A model generated the notes under the pieces. It was not told where the DNA came from. It did not search any database and saw only the letters and a list, made by a program, of their open reading frames with translations. The translations under genes were made by a program, and so were the position numbers. From Eledone cirrhosa (lineage: Eukaryota): a DNA stretch of 64,000 nt. This document shows positions 39,774 to 50,481 of this stretch, in pieces (the stretch's first letter is position 1; each line of letters opens with the position of its first letter). Location: assembly GCA_964016885.1 (NCBI GenBank), contig OZ024744.1, positions 2,790,001 through 2,854,000 on the forward strand, given 5' to 3'.

Positions 39774-42700
39774 TTGGTGAAGAACGAAGTTTTGAGGGAA
39801 GACAAGGTAGAGAAAGATAGCTTGGTGAAGAACGACGTTTTGAGGGAAGACAAGGTAGAGAAAGATAGCTTGGTGAAGAACGACGTTTTGTGGGAAGACA
39901 AGGTAGAGAAAGATAGCTTGGTGAAGAACGAAGTTTTGGGGGAAGACAAGGTAGAGAAAGATAGCTTGGTGAAGAACGAAGTTTTGGGGAAGACAATGTA
40001 GAGAAAGATAGCTTGGTGAAGAACGAAGTTTTGGGGGAAGACAAGGTAGAGAAAGATAGCTTGGTGAAGAACGAAGTTTTGAGGGAAGACAAGGTAGAGA
40101 AAGATAGCTTGGTGAATAACGAAGTTTTGGGAGAAGACAAGGTAGAGACAGATAGCTTGGTGAAGAACGACGTTTTGAGGGAAGACAAGGTAGAGAAAGA
40201 TAGCTTGGTGAAGAACGAAGTTTTGGGGGAAGACAAGGTAGAGAAAGATAGCTTGGTGAAGAACGAAGTTTTGGGGGAAGACAAGGTAGAGAAAGATAGC
40301 TTGGTGAAGAACGAAGTTTTGGGGGAAGACAAGGTAGAGAAAGATAGCTTGGTGAAGAACGAAGTTTTGGGGAATACAATGTAGAGAAAGATAGCTTGGT
40401 GAAGAACGAAGTTTTGGGGGAAGACAAGGTAGAGAAAGATAGCTTGGTGAATAACGAAGTTTTGGGAGAAGACAAGGTCGAGAAAGATAGCTTGGTGAAG
40501 AACAAAATTTTGAGGGAAGACAAGGTAGAGAAAGATAGCTTGGTGAAGAACGACGTTTTGGTGGAAGACAAGGTAGAGAAAGATAGCTTGGTGAAGAACG
40601 ATGTTTTGCGGAAGACAATGTAGAGAAAGATAGCTTGGTGAAGAACGAAGTTTTGGGGGAAGACAAGGTAGAGAAAGATAGCTTGGTGAAGAACGAAGTT
40701 TTGAGGGAAGACAAGGTAGAGAAAGATAGCTTGGTGAATAACGAAGTTTTGGGAGAAGACAAGGTAGAGAAAGATAGTTGGTGAAGAACGAAGTTTTGAG
40801 GGAAGACAAGGTAGAGAAAGATAGCTTGGTGAAGAACGACATTTTGAGGGAAGACAAAGTAGAGAAAGATAGCTTGGTGAAGAACGACGTTTTGTGGGAA
40901 GACAAGGTAGAGAAAGATAGCTTGGTGAAGAACGAAGTTTTGGGGGAAGACAAGGTAGAGAAAGATAGCTTGGTGAAGAACGAAGTTTTGGGGAAGACAA
41001 TGTAGAGAAAGATAGCTTGGTGAAGAACGAAGTTTTGGGGGAAGACAAGGTAGAGAAAGATAGCTTGGTGAAGAACGAAGTTTTGAGGGAAGACAAGGTA
41101 GAGAAAGATAGCTTGGTGAATAACGAAGTTTTGGGAGAAGACAAGGTAGAGAAAGATAGCTTGGTGAAGAACGACGTTTTGAGGGAAGACAAGGTAGAGA
41201 AAGATAGCTTGGTGAAGAACGAAGTTTTGGGGGAAGACAAGGTAGAGAAAGATAGCTTGGTGAAGAACGAAGTTTTGGGGGAAGACAAGGTAGAGAAAGA
41301 TAGCTTGGTGAAGAACGAAGTTTTGGGGGAAGACAATGTAGAGAAAGATAGCTTGGTGAAGAACGAAGTTTTGGGGAATACAATGTAGAGAAAGATAGCT
41401 TGGTGAAGAACGAAGTTTTGGGGGAAGACAAGGTAGAGAAAGATAGCTTGGTGAATAACGAAGTTTTGGGAGAAGACAAGGTCGAGAAAGATAGCTTGGT
41501 GAAGAACGAAATTTTGAGGGAAGACAAGGTAGAGAAAGATAGCTTGGTGAAGAACGACGTTTTGGTGGAAGACAAGGTAGAGAAAGATAGCTTGGTGAAG
41601 AACGATGTTTTGGGGAAGACAATGTAGAGAAAGATAGCTTGGTGAAGAACGAAGTTTTGGGGGAAGACAAGGTAGAGAAAGATAGCTTGGTGAAGAACGA
41701 AGTTTTGAGGGAAGACAAGGTAGAGAAAGATAGCTTGGTGAATAACGAAGTTTTGGGAGAAGACAAGGTAGAGAAAGATAGTTGGTGAAGAACGAAGTGT
41801 TGAGGGAAGACAAGGTAGAGAAAGATAGCTTGGTGAAGAACGACATTTTGAGGGAAGACAAAGTAGAGAAAGATAGCTTGGTGAAGAACGACGTTTTGTG
41901 GGAAGACAAGGTAGAGAAAGATAGCTTGGTGAAGAACGAAGTTTTGGGGGAAGACAAGGTAGAGAAAGATAGCTTGGTGAAGAACGAAGTTTTGGGGAAG
42001 ACAATGTAGAGAAAGATAGCTTGGTGAAGAACGAAGTTTTGGGGGAAGACAAGGTAGAGAAAGATAGCTTGGTGAAGAACGAAGTTTTGAGGGAAGACAA
42101 GGTAGAGAAAGATAGCTTGGTGAATAACGAAGTTTTGGGAGAAGACAAGGTAGAGAAAGATAGCTTGGTGAAGAACGACGTTTTGAGGGAAGACAAGGTA
42201 GAGAAAGATAGCTTGGTGAAGAACGAAGTTTTGGGGGAAGACAAGGTAGAGAAAGATAGCTTGGTGAAGAACGAAGTTTTGGGGGAAGACAAGGTAGAGA
42301 AAGATAGCTTGGTGAAGAACGAAGTTTTGGGGGAAGACAAGGTAGAGAAAGATAGCTTGGTGAAGAACGAAGTTTTGGGGAATACAATGTAGAGAAAGAT
42401 AGCTTGGTGAAGAACGAAGTTTTGGGGGAAGACAAGGTAGAGAAAGATAGCTTGGTGAATAACGAAGTTTTGGGAGAAGACAAGGTCGAGAAAGATAGCT
42501 TGGTGAAGAACGAAATTTTGAGGGAAGACAAGGTAGAGAAAGATAGCTTGGTGAAGAACGACGTTTTGGTGGAAGACAAGGTAGAGAAAGATAGCTTGGT
42601 GAAGAACAATGTTTTGGGGAAGACAATGTAGAGAAAGATAGCTTGGTGAAGAACGAAGTTTTGGGGGAAGACAAGGTAGAGAAAGATAGCTTGGTGAAGA

Positions 42701-45700
42701 ACGAAGTTTTGAGGGAAGACAAGGTAGAGAAAGATAGCTTGGTGAATAACGAAGTTTTGGGAGAAGACAAGGTAGAGAAAGATAGTTGGTGAAGAACGAA
42801 GTTTTGAGGGAAGACAAGGTAGAGAAAGATAGCTTGGTGAAGAACGACATTTTGAGGGAAGACAAAGTAGAGAAAGATAGCTTGGTGAAGAACGACGTTT
42901 TGTGGGAAGACAAGGTAGAGAAAGATAGCTTGGTGAAGAACGAAGTTTTGGGGGAAGACAAGGTAGAGAAAGATAGCTTGGTGAAGAACGAAGTTTTGGG
43001 GAAGACAATGTAGAGAAAGATAGCTTGGTGAAGAACGAAGTTTTGGGGGAAGACAAGGTAGAGAAAGATAGCTTGGTGAAGAACGAAGTTTTGAGGGAAG
43101 ACAAGGTAGAGAAAGATAGCTTGGTGAATAACGAAGTTTTGGGAGAAGACAAGGTAGAGAAAGATAGCTTGGTGAAGAACGACGTTTTGAGGTAAGACAA
43201 GGTAGAGAAAGATAGCTTGGTGAAGAACGAAGTTTTGGGGGAAGACAAGGTAGAGAAAGATAGCTTGGTGAAGAACGAAGTTTTGGGGGAAGACAAGGTA
43301 GAGAAAGATAGCTTGGTGAAGAACGAAGTTTTGGGGGAAGACAAGGTAGAGAAAGATAGCTTGGTGAAGAACGAAGTTTTGGGGAATACAATGTAGAGAA
43401 AGATAGCTTGGTGAAGAACGAAGTTTTGGGGGAAGACAAGGTAGAGAAAGATAGCTTGGTGAATAACGAAGTTTTGGGAGAAGACAAGGTCGAGAAAGAT
43501 AGCTTGGTGAAGAACGAAATTTTGAGGGAAGACAAGGTAGAGAAAGATAGCTTGGTGAAGAACGACGTTTTGGTGGAAGACAAGGTAGAGAAAGATAGCT
43601 TGGTGAAGAACGATGTTTTGGGGAAGATAATGTAGAGAAAGATAGCTTGGTGAAGAACGAAGTTTTGGGGGAAGACAAGGTAGAGAAAGATAGCTTGGTG
43701 AAGAACGAAGTTTTGAGGGAAGACAAGGTAGAGAAAGATAGCTTGGTGAATAACGAAGTTTTGGGAGAAGACAAGGTAGAGAAAGATAGTTGGTGAAGAA
43801 CGAAGTTTTGAGGGAAGACAAGGTAGAGAAAGATAGCTTGGTGAAGAACGACATTTTGAGGGAAGACAAAGTAGAGAAAGATAGCTTGGTGAAGAACGAC
43901 GTTTTGTGGGAAGACAAGGTAGAGAAAGATAGCTTGGTGAATAACGAAGTTTTGGGAGAAGACAAGGTAGAGAAAGATAGTTGGTGAAGAACGAAGTTTT
44001 GAGGGAAGACAAGGTAGAGAAAGATAGCTTGGTGAAGAACGACATTTTGAGGGAAGACAAAGTAGAGAAAGATAGCTTGGTGAAGAACGACGTTTTGTGG
44101 GAAGACAAGGTAGAGAAAGATAGCTTGGTGAAGAACGAAGTTTTGGGGGAAGACAAGGTAGAGAAAGATAGCTTGGTGAAGAACGAAGTTTTGGGGAAGA
44201 CAATGTAGAGAAAGATAGCTTGGTGAAGAACGAAGTTTTGGGGGAAGACAAGGTAGAGAAAGATAGCTTGGTGAAGAACGAAGTTTTGAGGGAAGACAAG
44301 GTAGAGAAAGATAGCTTGGTGAATAACGAAGTTTTGGGAGAAGACAAGGTAGAGAAAGATAGCTTGGTGAAGAACGACGTTTTGAGGGAAGACAAGGTAG
44401 AGAAAGATAGCTTGGTGAAGAACGAAGTTTTGGGGGAAGACAAGGTAGAGAAAGATAGCTTGGTGAAGAACGAAGTTTTGGGGGAAGACAAGGTAGAGAA
44501 AGATAGCTTGGTGAAGAACGAAGTTTTGGGGGAAGACAATGTAGAGAAAGATAGCTTGGTGAAGAACGAAGTTTTGGGGAATACAATGTAGAGAAAGATA
44601 GCTTGGTGAAGAACGAAGTTTTGGGGGAAGACAAGGTAGAGAAAGATAGCTTGGTGAATAACGAAGTTTTGGGAGAAGACAAGGTCGAGAAAGATAGCTT
44701 GGTGAAGAACGAAATTTTGAGGGAAGACAAGGTAGAGAAAGATAGCTTGGTGAAGAACGACGTTTTGGTGGAAGACAAGGTAGAGAAAGATAGCTTGGTG
44801 AAGAACGATGTTTTGGGGAAGACAATGTAGAGAAAGATAGCTTGGTGAAGAACGAAGTTTTGGGGGAAGACAAGGTAGAGAAAGATAGCTTGGTGAAGAA
44901 CGAAGTTTTGAGGGAAGACAAGGTAGAGAAAGATAGCTTGGTGAATAACGAAGTTTTGGGAGAAGACAAGGTAGAGAAAGATAGTTGGTGAAGAACGAAG
45001 TGTTGAGGGAAGACAAGGTAGAGAAAGATAGCTTGGTGAAGAACGACATTTTGAGGGAAGACAAAGTAGAGAAAGATAGCTTGGTGAAGAACGACGTTTT
45101 GTGGGAAGACAAGGTAGAGAAAGATAGCTTGGTGAAGAACGAAGTTTTGGGGGAAGACAAGGTAGAGAAAGATAGCTTGGTGAAGAACGAAGTTTTGGGG
45201 AAGACAATGTAGAGAAAGATAGCTTGGTGAAGAACGAAGTTTTGGGGGAAGACAAGGTAGAGAAAGATAGCTTGGTGAAGAACGAAGTTTTGAGGGAAGA
45301 CAAGGTAGAGAAAGATAGCTTGGTGAATAACGAAGTTTTGGGAGAAGACAAGGTAGAGAAAGATAGCTTGGTGAAGAACGACGTTTTGAGGGAAGACAAG
45401 GTAGAGAAAGATAGCTTGGTGAAGAACGAAGTTTTGGGGGAAGACAAGGTAGAGAAAGATAGCTTGGTGAAGAACGAAGTTTTGGGGGAAGACAAGGTAG
45501 AGAAAGATAGCTTGGTGAAGAACGAAGTTTTGGGGGAAGACAAGGTAGAGAAAGATAGCTTGGTGAAGAACGAAGTTTTGGGGAATACAATGTAGAGAAA
45601 GATAGCTTGGTGAAGAACGAAGTTTTGGGGGAAGACAAGGTAGAGAAAGATAGCTTGGTGAATAACGAAGTTTTGGGAGAAGACAAGGTCGAGAAAGATA

Positions 45701-47229
45701 GCTTGGTGAAGAACGAAATTTTGAGGGAAGACAAGGTAGAGAAAGATAGCTTGGTGAAGAACGACGTTTTGGTGGAAGACAAGGTAGAGAAAGATAGCTT
45801 GGTGAAGAACAATGTTTTGGGGAAGACAATGTAGAGAAAGATAGCTTGGTGAAGAACGAAGTTTTGGGGGAAGACAAGGTAGAGAAAGATAGCTTGGTGA
45901 AGAACGAAGTTTTGAGGGAAGACAAGGTAGAGAAAGATAGCTTGGTGAATAACGAAGTTTTGGGAGAAGACAAGGTAGAGAAAGATAGTTGGTGAAGAAC
46001 GAAGTTTTGAGGGAAGACAAGGTAGAGAAAGATAGCTTGGTGAAGAACGACATTTTGAGGGAAGACAAAGTAGAGAAAGATAGCTTGGTGAAGAACGACG
46101 TTTTGTGGGAAGACAAGGTAGAGAAAGATAGCTTGGTGAAGAACGAAGTTTTGGGGGAAGACAAGGTAGAGAAAGATAGCTTGGTGAAGAACGAAGTTTT
46201 GGGGAAGACAATGTAGAGAAAGATAGCTTGGTGAAGAACGAAGTTTTGGGGGAAGACAAGGTAGAGAAAGATAGCTTGGTGAAGAACGAAGTTTTGAGGG
46301 AAGACAAGGTAGAGAAAGATAGCTTGGTGAATAACGAAGTTTTGGGAGAAGACAAGGTAGAGAAAGATAGCTTGGTGAAGAACGACGTTTTGAGGTAAGA
46401 CAAGGTAGAGAAAGATAGCTTGGTGAAGAACGAAGTTTTGGGGGAAGACAAGGTAGAGAAAGATAGCTTGGTGAAGAACGAAGTTTTGGGGGAAGACAAG
46501 GTAGAGAAAGATAGCTTGGTGAAGAACGAAGTTTTGGGGGAAGACAAGGTAGAGAAAGATAGCTTGGTGAAGAACGAAGTTTTGGGGAATACAATGTAGA
46601 GAAAGATAGCTTGGTGAAGAACGAAGTTTTGGGGGAAGACAAGGTAGAGAAAGATAGCTTGGTGAATAACGAAGTTTTGGGAGAAGACAAGGTCGAGAAA
46701 GATAGCTTGGTGAAGAACGAAATTTTGAGGGAAGACAAGGTAGAGAAAGATAGCTTGGTGAAGAACGACGTTTTGGTGGAAGACAAGGTAGAGAAAGATA
46801 GCTTGGTGAAGAACGATGTTTTGGGGAAGATAATGTAGAGAAAGATAGCTTGGTGAAGAACGAAGTTTTGGGGGAAGACAAGGTAGAGAAAGATAGCTTG
46901 GTGAAGAACGAAGTTTTGAGGGAAGACAAGGTAGAGAAAGATAGCTTGGTGAATAACGAAGTTTTGGGAGAAGACAAGGTAGAGAAAGATAGTTGGTGAA
47001 GAACGAAGTTTTGAGGGAAGACAAGGTAGAGAAAGATAGCTTGGTGAAGAACGACATTTTGAGGGAAGACAAAGTAGAGAAAGATAGCTTGGTGAAGAAC
47101 GACGTTTTGTGGGAAGACAAGGTAGAGAAAGATAGCTTGGTGAAGAACGAAGTTTTGGGGGAAGACAAGGTAGAGAAAGATAGCTTGGTGAAGAACGAAT
47201 TTTGGGGAAGACAATGTAGAGAAAGATAG
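39774..47229 (+). repeat. Higher-order repeat run: 21-monomer unit of 1004 bp (modules of 5+8+5+3 monomers = 239+383+239+143 bp)
   Basis: Unit starts 39774, 40778, 41782, 42786 and 43790, then 43981, 44985, 45989 and 46993, each step 1004 = 21x48-4. The same spacing occurs at 24471/25475, 29539/30543/31547, 34178/35182/36186, 51436/52440 and 56069/57073. Confidence 0.95.
40730..47135 (+). repeat. Tandem block duplication, 2 x 3203 bp (three 1004-bp HORs plus a 191-bp partial unit)
   Basis: Four variants recur at +3203: GAAGTGTTG (units 41782/44985), AACAATG (modules 42404/45607), GAGGTAAG (~43190/46393) and GAAGATAATG (modules 43408/46611). Confidence 0.93.
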
Positions 47230-48663
47230 CTTGGTGAAGAACGAAGTTTTGAGGGAAGACAAGGTAGAGAAAGATAGCTTGGTGAAGAACGAAGTTTTGG
47301 GGAAGGCAATGTAGAGAAAGATAGCTTGGTGAAGAACGAAGTTTTGGGGGAAGACAAGGTAGAGAAAGATAGCTTGGTGAAGAACGAAATTTTGAGGGAA
47401 GACAAGGTAGAGAAAGATAGCTTGGTGAAGAACGACGTTTTGGTGGAAGACAAGGTAGAGAAAGATAGCTTGGTGAAGAACGATGTTTTGGGGAAGACAA
47501 TGTAGAGAAAGATAGCTTGGTGAAGAACGAAGTTTTGGGGGAAGACAAGGTAGAGAAAGATAGCTTGGTGAATAACGAAGTTTTGGGAGAAGACAAGGTA
47601 GAGAAAGATAGTTGGTGAAGAACGAAGTTTTGAGTGAAGACAAGGTAGAGAAAGATAGCTTGGTGAAGAACGACGTTTTGAGGGAAGACAAGGTAGAGAA
47701 AGATAGCTTGGTGAAGAACGACGTTTTGTGGGAAGACAAGGTAGAGAAAGATAGCTTGGTGAAGAACGAAGTTTTGGGGGAAGACAAGGTAGAGAAAGAT
47801 AGCTTGGTGAAGAACGAAGTTTTGGGGAAGGCAATGTAGAGAAAGATAGATTGGTGAAGAACGAAGTTTTGGGGGAAGACAAGGTAGAGAAAGATAGCTT
47901 GGTGAAGAACGAAGTTTTGAGGGAAGACAAGGTAGAGAAAGATAGCTTGGTGAATAACGAAGTTTTGGGAGAAGACAAGGTAGAGAAAGATAGCTTGGTG
48001 AAGAACGACGTTTTGAGGGAAGACAAGGTAGAGAAAGATAGCTTGGTGAAGAACGAAGTTTTGGGGGAAGACAAGGTAGAGAAAGATAGCTTGGTGAAGA
48101 ACGAAGTTTTGGGGGAAGACAAGGTAGAGAAAGATAGCTTGGTGAAGAACGAAGTTTTGGGGAAGACAATGTAGAGAAAGATAGCTTGGTGAAGAACGAA
48201 GATTTGGGGGAAGACAAGGTAGAGAAAGATAGCTTGGTGAAGAACGAAGTTTTGGGAGAAGACAAGGTAGAGAAAGATAGCTTGGTGAAGAACGAAGTTT
48301 TGAGGGAAGACAAGGTAGAGAAAGATAGCTTGGTGAAGAACGACGTTTTGAGGGAAGACAAGGTAGAGAAAGATAGCTTGGTGAAGAACGACGTTTTGTG
48401 GGAAGACAAGGTAGAGAAAGATAGCTTGGTGAAGAACGAAGTTTTGGGGGAAGACAAGGTAGAGAAAGATAGCTTGGTGAAGAACGGAGTTTTGGGGGAA
48501 GACAAGGTAGAGAAAGATAGCTTGGTGAAGAACGAAGTTTTGGGGGAAGACAAGGTAGAGAAAGATAGCTTGGTGAAGAACGAAGTTTTGTGGAAGACAA
48601 TGTAGAGAAAGATAGCTTGGTGAAGAACGAAGTTTTGGGGAAGACAATGTAGAGAAAGATAGC

Positions 48664-50481
48664 TTGGTGAAGAACGAAGTTTTGGGGGAAGACAAGGTAG
48701 AGAAAGATAGCTTGGTGAAGAACGAAGTTTTGGGAGAAGACAAGGTGGAGAAAGATAGCTTGGTGAAGAACGAAGTTTTGAGGGAAGACAAGGTAGAGAA
48801 AGATAGCTTGGTGAAGAACGACGTTTTGAGGGAAGACAAGGTAGAGAAAGATAGCTTGGTGAAGAACGACGTTTTGTGGGAAGACAAGGTAGAGAAAGAT
48901 AGCTTGGTGAAGAACGAAGTTTTGGGGGAAGACAAGGTAGAGAAAGATAGCTTGGTGAAGAACGAAGTTTTGGGGGAAGACAAGGTAGAGAAAGATAGCT
49001 TGGTGAAGAACGAAGTTTTGTGGGAAGACAAGGTAGAGAAAGATAGCTTGGTGAAGAACGTAGTTTTGGGGAAGACAATGTAGAGAAAGATAGCTTGGTG
49101 AAGAACGAAGTTTTGGGGGAAGACAAGGTAGAGAAAGATAGCTTGGTGACTAACGAAATTTTGGGAGAAGACAAGGTCGAGAAAGATAGCTTGGTGAAGA
49201 ACGAAATTTTGAGGGAAGACAAGGTAGAGAAAGATAGCTTGGTGAAGAACGACGTTTTGGTGGAAGACAAGGTAGAGAAAGATAGCTTGGTGAAGAACGA
49301 TGTTTTGGGGAAGACAATGTAGAGCAAGATAGCTTGGTGAAGAACGAAGTTTTGGGGGAAGACAAGGTAGAGAAAGATAGCTTGGTGAAGAACGACGTTT
49401 TGAGGGAAGACAAGGTAGAGAAATATAGCTTGGTGAAGAACGACGTTTTGTGGGAAGACAATGTAGAGAAAGATAGCTTGGTGAAGAAAGAAGTTTTGGG
49501 GGAAGACAAGGTAGAGAAAGATAGCTTGGTGAAGAACGAAGTTTTGGGGAATACAATGTAGAGAAAGATAGCTTGGTGAAGAACGAAGTTTTGGGGGAAG
49601 ACAAGGTAGAGAAAGATAGCTTGGTGAAGAACGAAGTTTTGGGAGAAGACAAGGTGGAGAAAGATAGCTTGGTGAAGAACGAAGTTTTGAGGGAAGACAA
49701 GGTAGAGAAAGATAGCTTGGTGAAGAACGACGTTTTGAGGGAAGACAAGGTAGAGAAAGATAGCTTGGTGAAGAACGACGTTTTGTGGGAAGACAAGGTA
49801 GAGAAAGATAGCTTGGTGAAGAACGAAGTTTTGGGGGAAGACAAGGTAGAGAAAGATAGCTTGGTGAAGAACGAAGTTTTGGGGGAAGACAAGGTAGAGA
49901 AAGATAGCTTGGTGAAGAACGAAGTTTTGTGGGAAGACAAGGTAGAGAAAGATAGCTTGGTGAAGAACGTAGTTTTGGGGAAGACAATGTAGAGAAAGAT
50001 AGCTTGGTGAAGAACGAAGTTTTGGGGGAAGACAAGGTAGAGAAAGATAGCTTGGTGACTAACGAAATTTTGGGAGAAGACAAGGTCGAGAAAGATAGCT
50101 TGGTGAAGAACGAAATTTTGAGGGAAGACAAGGTAGAGAAAGATAGCTTGGTGAAGAACGACGTTTTGGTGGAAGACAAGGTAGAGAAAGATAGCTTGGT
50201 GAAGAACGATGTTTTGGGGAAGACAATGTAGAGCAAGATAGCTTGGTGAAGAACGAAGTTTTGGGGGAAGACAAGGTAGAGAAAGATAGCTTGGTGAAGA
50301 ACGACGTTATGAGGGAAGACAAGGTAGAGAAAGATAGCTTGGTGAAGAACGACGTTTTGTGGGAAGACAATGTAGAGAAAGATAGCTTGGTGAAGAAAGA
50401 AGTTTTGGGGGAAGACAAGGTAGAGAAAGATAGCTTGGTGAAGAACGAAGTTTTGGGGAATACAATGTAGAGAAAGATAGC
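48664..50481 (+). repeat. Tandem duplication of a 19-monomer unit, 2 x 909 bp
   Basis: Module starts 48664/49573, 49095/50004 and 49334/50243 are 909 apart (19x48-3). Shared variants: GGTGGAG, AACGTAG, GACTAAC, AAGAAAGAA. Confidence 0.9.

Noticed and set aside
6993-49940. 14,315-aa minus-strand ORF (and the 1570-4433 aa ORFs at 50-64 kb) as giant genes
   Set aside because: They exist because the monomer lacks TTA/CTA/TCA. All three frames are open at once, the translation cycles among three low-complexity peptides at each 47-bp monomer, the starts are TTG codons within the repeat, and there is no domain or unique sequence.
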